Origin: Hemiscyllium ocellatum
Lineage: Eukaryota
Direction of reading: 5' to 3'
Assembly: GCF_020745735.1 (NCBI RefSeq)
Contig: NC_083421.1
Coordinates: forward strand, 64,285,001-64,349,000
DNA length: 64,000 nucleotides
In this document: positions 56,501 through 64,000 of the stretch, one piece after another
How positions within the stretch are numbered: the first letter of the stretch is position 1
How the letters are laid out: each line of letters opens with the position of its first letter
Made by a program: the position numbers and the translations under genes
Notes under the pieces: model-generated
Databases searched by the model: none
What the model was told of the DNA's origin: nothing
Seen by the model: the letters and a program-made list of their open reading frames with translations, nothing else

Positions 56501-59500
56501 AGTCTGTTTCAGGACATGGTTGAAGAGCTTCAGGGCAGAGGAAATGACCTAGGAGTTGCAGTGGGAAAGGGACTCCCTGAGATTTTTGTAGAGCGAGGAG
56601 GAAAACTTCTTCAAGGCAGGCATCCACAAGAGGATTCGCAGTAGGGTTAAAATCAACTAGGTAAAAACAATGACTGCAGATGCTGGAAACCAGAGTCTAG
56701 ATTAGAGTGGTGCTGGAAAAGCACAGTATTTCAGGTAGCATCCGAGGAGCAGTAAAATCAACATTTTAGGCAAAAGCCCTTCATCAGGAATGCAGGCAGA
56801 GTGTCTGAAGGGTGGAGAGACAATCACCTCAGCTTGGATTAGCCAGCTCAGCACAGGCTGAAAAGCATGTCCTTCCTGATCTGGCCGAGTGAAGCAGGAA
56901 ATTTATTGGTTTCAGCCTTGGCCATTCATTACTCCTAATCTCCCTATAATCTCTCTATGCACTGTCATTATCACCTCTTTATTGCTACCTTTGCTTCTGG
57001 AGCCATGACTCACCTTCTCTCAGCCTAGTATAAATACCTCCCTATTTCTCCCTTTTTTTTAAGCTTTGACAAAGGGTCATTTAGACTTGAAACGTCAGCT
57101 CTCTTCTGTCCTTACAGACGCTGCCAGACCTGCTGAGATTCTCCAGCCTTTTCTCTTTTGGTTTCAGGAAATTTACTTGTTGAACCATTAGTAAATTCAA
57201 ACAATTTGTTCCTCCCAAACTGTTCCTTTCTGTAACTGTTTATTACAAAATGCCTTTGTTTCCTTAGGTGATAAAGAATTTTCTGGGACAGATGGTGGAT
57301 GGCCTTATCTACTTGCAGTCCAAACATGTGATTCACAGGTTAGTTGTTGGCATGCTTCATTTTGATTAACTTGAAAGCTGCTGGTGCTGGCAAATGACAT
57401 GTTTTTTCACATTGCAACCACAGGACAGATTCTGAACTTGGGTCATAGAATTAGATACAGATTAAAGCTACCTCTACTCAGTCATGATAAAGCACTGTTA
57501 GGGTAGGTGCAGTAGGGGATTAGATAAAGAGTAAATCTCCCTTTATGCTATCGTGATCAATCACTCCCAGGAAAAACATAGCACGAGGTTAGGCAGATCA
57601 GAGTAAATTTCTGAAGATGCTTAATATCAACATCAGAAACTACTGGGAAAATTCAGCAGGTCTGGCACCATCTATGGAGAAAAAGTAGTGTTATCATTCC
57701 TAGTTTTTTTTTAGATTAGATTAGATTTACAGTGTGGAAACAGGCCCTTCGGCCCAACAAGTCCACACCGACCCGCCGAAGCGAAACCCACCCATACCCC
57801 TACATTTACCCCTTACCTAACACTACGGGCAATTTAGCATGGCCAATTCACCTGACCCGCACATCTTTGGACTGTGGGAGGAAACCGGAGCACCCGGAGG
57901 AAACCCACGCAGACACGGGGAGAACGTGCAAACTCCACACAGTCAGTCGCCTGAGTCGGGAATTGAACCCGGGTCTTCAGGCGCTGTGAGGCAGCAGTGC
58001 TAACCACTGTGCCACCGTGCCGCCCACACGGTGGTCTTGTGGTTTTCCTAATATTAACATGATGGTTATCTTGGAGCAGAGATTGAGCTATGCCTATCAT
58101 TAGAAATTAATTTGCTCACAGAGCAATATAGTATAGAAACCTGACCAGAATGTAAGAATATCTAATTCAGTGTCAAATCAAGTGTGGAAGGTTTTTAAAA
58201 AAAAGATAGAAAGATCCAAGTAAAGAAATTTTAAAAGATACAAGAAAAACGTTTAAAAATAGTGAAAAAAAGTTGTTTTTAAAAACCTCTGACTGCCTGC
58301 TTGGGCAGATGCAAGCGGCACGGTGGCACAATGGTGAGCACTGCTGTCTCACAGCGCCTGAGACCCGGGTTCAATTCCCGACTCAGGCGACTGACTGTGT
58401 GGAGTTTGCACGTTCTCCCCGTGTCTGCGTGGGTTTCCTCTGGGTGCTCTGGTTTCCTCCCACAGTCCAAAGATGTGCAGGTCAGGTGAATTGGCCATGC
58501 TAAATTGCCCATAGTGTTAGGTAAGGGGTAAATGTAGGGGTATGGGTGGGTTGCGCTTCGGCGGGTTGGTGTTGACTTGTTGGGCCGAAGGGCCTGTTTC
58601 CACACAAGTAATCTAATCTAAAAAACATCCCTCGGCAGTATTTCATAGGAAAAGAGCAGAGTTCTCCTCAGTGTTCTGGTCAATGTTTATCTCTCAACAT
58701 CACAAATGCACATTTTTTTCGTCATTATTACATTTTTGTTTGTTGGAGCTTATGTGCACAAATTCGGTACCAATATTCCTATGTTACAACAGTGGCTACA
58801 CTTTAGAAAAAATACACTTAATTAGCAGTAAAGTGATTTGAGGTGACTCATTGTCTGAAACGTGCTGTGTAACTGGTTACGACTTGCTGGGAAAAATGTG
58901 CTCATTGCTGATCTCCGCTCCTCCTGGGCTGCCACAAAAGCTAATTGTTTAAGTTAACAAAGGCCCCAGTTTACCTGCCTGATGAAATCAGATTAACAGA
59001 AAGCACTGACCAGGTTTCTGTACTTAACAAGAACTGTTGCTTATGACAAATAAATAAGTCTGGTCACTCGTAAAGAAAACTGTGAACAATTAACATTTAA
59101 CTCTATTGGTTGTAACTGTTACACACCATATACATACAGACAGACACAGAAAAAGAATAAAAAGCATTGATGTTACGGGCAGAGGTTAAACAAACTCTGG
59201 GGAAATACAGTTCAGTAGCACCAGCCTACAAACATCTGACGAGCCGCTCCTTTTGTTTCCCAAAATCTCAATTCTCCACTCCCTTTTTCTGGATTATTTC
59301 ATTTTCTTGCAGAAGGCACAAAGTGCTTGTAAAGTCTTTGAGTTACTGATACAAATAAACAACTTATGGTAACTAGTGGGAGAAAATAACTAGCTTTCTT
59401 CAGGCTTCAGTTACTTTTACTACAGAGAGATAGAGACACAGAACCCTTTTGACCAGCAGTCCATGTGCTTCTTCTCCTCTCTCATAAACGTGCCATTCAC

Positions 59501-60738
59501 CTGAGAGTTGTTGTCAGGCTGATGACTTCCAGAGTCCACAACTGGTCACAATTGCACAAACCAATCAACAATCTTTTGCTGGATGAAGCTCACTCTGTAT
59601 CTGTGCACTTGCACATTCACACTCCCATACACATAACACTCACTCACAAATGCATGTGCTGTGGCGACTTATCTCTACCCCCTCTACTGCTTGCAAAACA
59701 GTAATGTAAGTGCAACTCACATAGTGTTTTAGTAACTTGTTTTAGAAAGTGTGACAAATTTTCCTCAGTCTTTGGATTCCCCATTTTAGTCCACAATCAA
59801 AATTTTTTTAAAAGCCTTCTACCTTCCATCTCTCCTTAATTTTTTCAAGCAGATTTGGTGCATATGTTTGAATTCAGAGCAACAAATTCATGCTGTGTAT
59901 GTGTTTGAACAGTGAGCCTCAGGGTGAGATAGCATCATCACATAATTTTGGAAAAGCAGGGCATTGCAAATTGAAACTTCCAGATATGTGTCATGTGCAT
60001 CTATCAGATATTACAATCTGATTTGTGCATTAACAATGATGAGTGCTGTTAACCTGACTATTATATTGATACCAAAGTCCAGTCCATTCTGTACCAGTCG
60101 CATTTGATATTTTCCCATTTCCCCACCACTCTTTGTTCAAATCTAATTTGGGACATTGTGTTGGATGAATCTTTCAGTTGAGATATTAAACTGAAACCAG
60201 TATCTATGGATGTTGTTACAAAGATGTGTAGGATGTGTTCTTTTCAATGTGCTAGAGCCAATATTTATCCCTTTCCTAGCAATACTTCTGATAATTATCA
60301 TATTGCTGTTTGTGAATCCTGCAGTGTGCAATTTGATTGATGTGTTTCTCATATTACAATTGTGAAAAAAGTACTTTGTTGGCTATAAAGTGCTTTGGAT
60401 GTCCTGAAGTTGAAAACCATACTACATACATGCAAATTTTTGTTTTTAACATTTGGACTATAGGAATGTGGTGGGATAGACTGATTATTCACTCTGCCAT
60501 TTAATAGCTTTCTCTTTAGATTCATATGCAGGCAAAATTTTTTTTAAAATGTGTGATTGTAAGAAGAATAAAATACAAATTTACAATGTTGTTTAAATTT
60601 ATTTAATATGTTCCTTCTATAGAAACTTGAAACCAACTAACATCCAAATGCTAGCTGATCTCTCATTTACAATATGTGATTTCATCTTTCCAACATTTGT
60701 CGGTGATGAAGTTAAGTTCAAGATAAGGATGAAAGACT
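35507..60738 (+). CDS. STKLD1: Serine/threonine kinase-like domain-containing protein 1 (SgK071), 5' partial: join(35507..35521,35676..35762,42425..42469,46535..46609,47991..48095,57268..57338,60623..60738)
   Basis: Spliced product MDNYQIQKTEPRGSHGFVHIV...FAMKVVECMDEATANRAMEE...CMVMDY...GQMVDGLIYLQSKHVIHRNLKPTNI aligns by recall with human STKLD1 (MEKYQ, VECMDD, HRNLKPSNI). Synteny with SURF4, GT-AG introns with consistent phases. Confidence 0.9.
35676..35762 (+). CDS. STKLD1: STKLD1 coding exon 2 (Gly loop to beta-3 Lys)
   Basis: IQKTEPRGSHGFVHIVKRIRDGTTFAMKV, acceptor TCCAG, donor GTAAGA, 87 nt. Confidence 0.88.
35785..36120. repeat. 21/23-bp minisatellite (GTATCCATGGTGACATAACGTGT) in STKLD1 intron 2
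   Basis: Twelve GTATCCATGG-like cores, spaced 21 or 23 bp from 35858 onward. Confidence 0.95.
36420..36900 (+). mobile_element. CR1 LINE 3' end
   Basis: ERVQKGFTRMLPGLEDLSYRERLNRLGLFS...RTRGHRF, with CTCTATGACT tail. Confidence 0.92.
38090..39600 (+). mobile_element. RTE-clade LINE remnant (RT)
   Basis: QQLQEKCQEQHQPLYI...LWKILSKPGCPEKFINILCLLHDEM and VEHFPYLG are characteristic of RTE RT. Heavily degenerate. Confidence 0.8.
40880..42340 (+). mobile_element. CR1 LINE 3' part, split by a Tx1-like insertion
   Basis: GATGACACCAAGAT...GAGTGGCAG before and TGTGAGGTG...LYRTLVRPLLEFCMQF after the insert. Confidence 0.85.
41000..41577 (+). mobile_element. Tx1/L1-clade LINE 3' fragment with A-rich tail
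   Basis: SVLYGLFPGTHTETNMNCAWSIINSVKDALW...EYVLRDMLKFGAAFAKARW, CATAAA then AAATTTAAAAAAA. Confidence 0.7.
42425..42469 (+). CDS. STKLD1: STKLD1 coding exon 3
   Basis: VECMDEATANRAMEE, acceptor CTAG, donor GTAAGT. Confidence 0.9.
42683..44043. mobile_element. Penelope-like element(s): two GIY-YIG 3' fragments in inverted, tail-out arrangement
   Basis: Minus arm about 42690-43460 and plus arm about 43490-44040 (KLEEQHLIFHLG), each with a decayed hammerhead (about 42790-42820 and 43940-43972). Flanks ACATTGTAGAGT and ACAGTGTAGAGT. Confidence 0.75.
44127..46277 (-). mobile_element. Internally deleted Gypsy LTR retrotransposon with two diverged LTRs (about 44127-44356 and 46063-46277)
   Basis: Both LTRs begin TGTAGTGATTGGAA on minus. 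Gag LRRLTEACDFGLTLYEMLRDSLVFGIND, integrase HVDYVGPFMG...VDAHSK and DNRTSFTS. RT/RNase H not seen. Confidence 0.85.
46535..46609 (+). CDS. STKLD1: STKLD1 coding exon 4
   Basis: AMIILKLDHPNICHYEEIFVSWDHE (kinase HPNI motif), acceptor ATAG, donor GTATGA. Confidence 0.92.
47991..48095 (+). CDS. STKLD1: STKLD1 coding exon 5
   Basis: VSAVTVCMVMDYSPVGDLASVIQTKRQMKGKIREM, acceptor TTCAG, donor GTAAGA. Confidence 0.92.
51270..51478. mobile_element. Fold-back PLE-derived mini-element (family B) nested in CR1
   Basis: AAAAGAGAAAACGCTGGAAAATCTCAGCAGGTCTGG... and ...CCAGACCTGCTGAGATTTTCCAGCGTTTTCTCTTTT are near-perfect inverted arms. Hammerhead-like motif at 51380-51418. Confidence 0.85.
51746..53145 (-). 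mobile_element. Younger CR1 LINE (RT to 3' tail) inserted antisense into the older CR1
   Basis: ENYRPISLTSVVGKILE, YLDFQKAFDKLPH, KFADD, LVRPHLEYCVQFWSP. Host sequence ATCATGAGGGG...TGGATAGGG resumes after it. Confidence 0.95.
53495..53800 (+). mobile_element. tRNA-derived V-SINE (HE1-like)
   Basis: Head, GTTTGCATATTCTCCCCGTGTCTGCGTGGGTTTCC core and tail. Confidence 0.9.
54144..54297. mobile_element. Fold-back family A mini-element with perfect 15-bp TSD
   Basis: CACTGTATTGACAAT at 54129-54143 and 54298-54312, inverted partial hammerheads at the centre. Confidence 0.85.
55180..55670 (-). mobile_element. Penelope-like 3' fragment with hammerhead motif
   Basis: Minus strand CTGATGA-A-GAGTC-ATCT-GACTC-AAAAT (55252-55278), with a GIY-YIG C-terminal remnant upstream. 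Confidence 0.7.
56215..56823 (-). mobile_element. PLE-derived element with direct terminal repeats 480 bp apart, each carrying a hammerhead motif
   Basis: TCTAGATTAGAGTGGTGCT at 56216 and 56696. Possible TSD TCACCTCA at 56207-56214 and 56824-56831. Confidence 0.8.
56276..56311 (-). ncRNA. Minimal type I hammerhead ribozyme motif, catalytic core intact
   Basis: ATTC-CTGATGA-A-GGGC-TTTT-GCCC-GAAAC-GTC-AATT. The closing pair of stem I is mismatched. Confidence 0.8.
57062..57100 (+). ncRNA. Minimal hammerhead ribozyme motif, U3-A8 variant
   Basis: AGCT-TTGACAA-A-GGGTC-ATTTA-GACTT-GAAAC-GTC-AGCT, perfect 4-bp stem I, in a PLE-like tail (about 56925-57165). Confidence 0.72.
57268..57338 (+). CDS. 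STKLD1: STKLD1 coding exon 6
   Basis: VIKNFLGQMVDGLIYLQSKHVIH(R), acceptor CTTAG, donor GTTAGT. Confidence 0.92.
57711..58025 (-). mobile_element. tRNA-derived V-SINE (HE1-like), young full-length copy
   Basis: Complete head, core and (TCTAA)n tail, CpGs largely retained. Confidence 0.93.
58315..58620 (+). mobile_element. tRNA-derived V-SINE (HE1-like), young full-length copy
   Basis: Near reverse complement of the 57711-58025 copy. Confidence 0.93.
60165..60445 (+). mobile_element. Ancient Deu-domain SINE remnant (AmnSINE/SacSINE1-like)
   Basis: TTGCTGTTTGTG...AAAGTACTTTGTTGGCTATAAAGTGCTTTGG resembles the recalled DeuSINE consensus. Similar copies at about 22560-22720, 47600-47910 and 58625-58870. 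Confidence 0.55.
60623..60738 (+). CDS. STKLD1: STKLD1 coding exon 7
   Basis: (R)NLKPTNIQMLADLSFTICDFIFPTFVGDEVKFKIRMKD, acceptor TATAG, donor GTAAGA. Confidence 0.92.
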
Positions 60739-60904
60739 GTAAGAGCCACTGTTTATTTCACCCAATATTTTAGGTAGCCTTTATCACCTGAGTTGTTTGA
60801 AGCGAGCTTGAACATCTCCCTGATTTGTTGGTGGGGTACATCTTGGCCACGGTATCTCTGAGCTCTGGAAATGGGTGGCGAAAGTCTGCCACAGCTAATC
60901 AAAG

Positions 60905-61550
60905 TTCAAGACAAAAAAAGCTGCAGATGCTGGAATCCCGGAAAAAGATACAAAACCTCTCAGCACACCACGCCCTTCACCTCTGTTCCGGGTGTCCCAA
61001 ACTGACCTTCCAGATGAGACAGAGGTTCACCTGCCTCTCCTCCTACTTAGTTTACTGTATCCGGTGCTCCTGATGCGGTCTTCTCTACATCGGAAGGACC
61101 AAATGTAAACCAGTGGAATGCTTTGTCAAGCATCTCAGCCAGGCCTGTAAGAGCTGTCCTGACCTTCCAGTCACTGCCCATTTTAATTCCCCTTCCCACT
61201 CCCTTTCTGACATGACCATTATTGGCCTGCTCCATTGCCACAACGAATCAGACCGCAAATTGGAAGAACAACAGCTCATCTTCTGCCTGGGCAGCCTACA
61301 GCCCAGAGGACTCAACATTAACCTCCCTTCCCAGCCCCTTCGCCATTCCTCTCATTGACCCTTCTTTCCAGCCACCAACCGGATTCATTCTTCTCTTCGA
61401 CCAACTAGGTCATACTGTCTACCTGTGTTCACTTATCCCCACCTCACCACCCTGCTCCCCCTGCCCCCCCCCATCTCTTTTATCTGCAGCTCCTCTTAAA
61501 CCCACCCAGTCTTGAAGAAGGGTTACACCTGAAACATTGACTTCTCCACA
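60905..61550 (+). mobile_element. Penelope-like retroelement 3' fragment (GIY-YIG endonuclease and terminal hammerhead)
   Basis: FTCLSSYLVYCIRCS*CGLLYIGRT...PVTAHFNSPSH...RKLEEQQLIFCLGSLQPRGLN, then AGTC-TTGAAGA-A-GGGT-TAC-ACCT-GAAAC-ATT-GACT at 61508-61542. Confidence 0.88.
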
Positions 61551-62387
61551 GCCAATCAAGAAACAGTCATGGATTAGGTCAGATTAGCTCGAATGTGTTG
61601 TAATTGTAGTTGAAAAGCCTCATTGATAGTCCACCCTACTCTATACAGTCTCTGGAATAAGGTCCTGTACAATGCTTACAGGGTGGTGGAAGTGACAATG
61701 ATCAATGATTTTTAAAGAAATTAGATAGATGCATGAAGGAAATGAATGTGCAGGTCTGTGGATATAGCAGGGGAGTGGGACAGGTTGAATTGCTCCACAG
61801 GGAGACAGCATGGCTTTAATGGGCTGAATGACCTGCTTTTGTACTGCAGTGGCTATGGGGACAATATGCAAGAGGAGCTTTTGGGCTGCTAGAGATGAGC
61901 CTCTCTCAAAGAGCAATAAGAAATCTGTGGAAAAGAACTTGAAAATGGACAAAAAGTTAGCTGTAGTCTATAAAAACATTATACTCTCACCTTAATCTGC
62001 AGGAATGGTAACATAATGTTTATGTTACTGGACTCATAAGTTTTTACAATGATCTTCAGCGAGAATTGCTGTGTCAGTGACTGCCACTAGTTTTCAATTA
62101 CAATTTAATTAACTTGACAAGAAATGGCTGAAAGCACAGGCTAAAGAAAGGCCCTGTGGACTCTGATTATGTTCTGGTTGTAGTAGTAAAAATCTGAAAT
62201 TGTGCCTCTAGCTGAGATGTTCCAATATAACTACTTCCCTACAATCTGACTGGCAAAATGCAAAATATGTCTGGCTATGTCATGCCTAAAAAATTGAGAT
62301 GAATCCAATCAGTTAATAATGTTTCATCTGTCTACTCCCAGTCTTTAGCAGAGTGATGAGAGGTATTGTTGACAGTGCATTTAAGTG

Positions 62388-62817
62388 GACAAAAGTGAGG
62401 ACTGCAGATGATGGAAATCAGAATCTAGATTAGAGTGGTGCTGGAAAAGCACAGCAGGTCAGGCAGCATCTGAAGAGCAGGAAAATTGACGTTTCGGGCA
62501 AAAGCCGTTCATCAGGAATGAAGGCAGGGAGCCTCCAGGGTGGAGAGGTAAGTGGGAGGGGGGTGGGGCTGGGGAGAAGGTAGCAAAGAGTAAAATAGAT
62601 GGATGGGGGTGGGGATGAAGGTGATAGGTCAGAGAGGAGGGTGGAGCAGATAGGTGGGAAGGAAGATTGACAGGTAGGACAGGTCATGAGGATGGTGCTG
62701 AGTTGGAAGGTTGGAACTGGAGTAAGGTGGGGGGAGGGTAGGGGAAATGAGAAAACTGGTGAAATGCTTTTTGGTCGCTGCCTGACCTGCTGTGCTTTTC
62801 CAGCACCACTCTAATCT
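62388..62817. mobile_element. Family A PLE-derived element with inverted ends and perfect 14-bp TSD
   Basis: AGTGCATTTAAGTG at 62374-62387 and 62818-62831. Minus-strand core CTGATGA-A-CGGC-TTTT-GCCC-GAAAC-GTC at 62488-62515. Confidence 0.87.
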
Positions 62818-64000
62818 AGTGCATTTAAGTGCCACTTTCTTACCAGTAACTCACTCATCGACAATCATCTTTGGCTCCATTAAGGTTGTGCAGCTCCAGA
62901 CTAAATCTCAATCTGCGTCCAATAGGTGGATGGAGTTTTTTAGGAGTTTGTGATCATAGGCAGTCAGTGATTTGTAAGTAAATTTCAGATAGGATGCATT
63001 AGTTAGATATAGAAAGTATATATTTATGACAATTGGGGATGGTTCACTGATAACAGAATTAGCAGGCTATCAGCATGAAATGTTTTTGTCTCATGACTTT
63101 TCAGTAGAGATGTGGCTTCTCCAATTTCCTTGTCCCCTTGACCTCTGCGGGCTTCCCCGGCACCTTCTATCCTGAGTACTCCTCTTTCTAAATCTGGCAC
63201 TTATTTTTGTATTGTATTTTGAGGGACAGGGTTATTTTCTCTGTGTCAATGAATTATCTGAACCTTTTTGGCCAGTGGACATGGGCCAGCCACACATGAT
63301 GGACGATGATCATCATACCATTGCCCGCCTTCATCTGGGGGTTTGTTTACCATTGTTTCCAAGCTTATTTCCTCATCAAAACACTGATAATTAGTGCATT
63401 TGACACCAGATGTGTCATTCATATTAGTTTTGGGCATCTGTAATTTTTCTAATTCTACCCTTTGTTTCATATGCTAGAATATTGGAATGTTAAGTATTGA
63501 TTTAAAAGCTGTGAAATAAAACCTTATGCTACGTGGTAAATACTAGAAAAATTCAGTTTTTATGGGACCCCGATATTTGACTATAGAAACTATTATCTGG
63601 TTGGAGAATCTAGGTCCTGATGTCAGATGCTAATAATTAGAGCCTGTTCTTCAGGAGCTGGAATTAAGAAGATTCCTACACAGAAAAGGTTGTAGAAGTT
63701 TAGGATTCCTCTCCAGGCATGAATTGATAATCATAGTTAATTTTTAATCTGAGACAAATAGATATTTGACCAAGGATATGGGAAAAGGACAGATATGTGG
63801 AATCAAGTCATCAGTCAACTATGATTTCACTAAATGACAGAACAGTTTAAAGATTTTAGAAGGCCTATTCTTGTTTTATGTTTGGCTGATCCATCACTGA
63901 CCTTCCTTCCAGCATTTAGGTCAGTAGTGGGGCTACCAATCCCGTGTTGACAATGACTTTGAAGTCCTCACCAGAGTACACCCTTAGTGTGTCCTCCAAG

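Noticed and set aside
60739-64000. STKLD1 exon 8 (WMAPE...SDIWSLG)
   Set aside because: Not found by eye in the remaining sequence, so it is presumably beyond the window.

Overview
Eukaryotic genomic DNA, most likely from a cartilaginous fish (inferred from HE1/V-SINE-like SINEs and abundant CR1 LINEs), covering part of the vertebrate surfeit locus. Three intron-containing genes can be rebuilt by hand with GT-AG junctions and consistent phases: SURF2 (+, 6 coding exons, 8081-13959, 244 aa), SURF4 (-, 6 coding exons, 26438-16973, 269 aa) and the 5' part of the pseudokinase STKLD1 (+, 7 coding exons, 35507-60738, no later exon found in the window). The rest is a 4.9-kb 32-bp satellite, several minisatellites near the promoters, and many retroelements (CR1, RTE, Tx1-like, a deleted Gypsy element, SINEs, Penelope-like elements). 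The most unusual signal is about 20 minimal hammerhead-ribozyme motifs of at least four sequence families, with co-varying stems I and II. They sit on short Penelope-derived insertions, several with 8-19 bp target-site duplications, arranged as fold-back palindromes or a 480-bp tandem unit, and one family has a U3-A8 core variant. An RFX X-box and a tandem array of X-box-like palindromes lie at the STKLD1 5' end. Homology calls come from recall of the protein and repeat families, not from database searches, and repeat boundaries are approximate.
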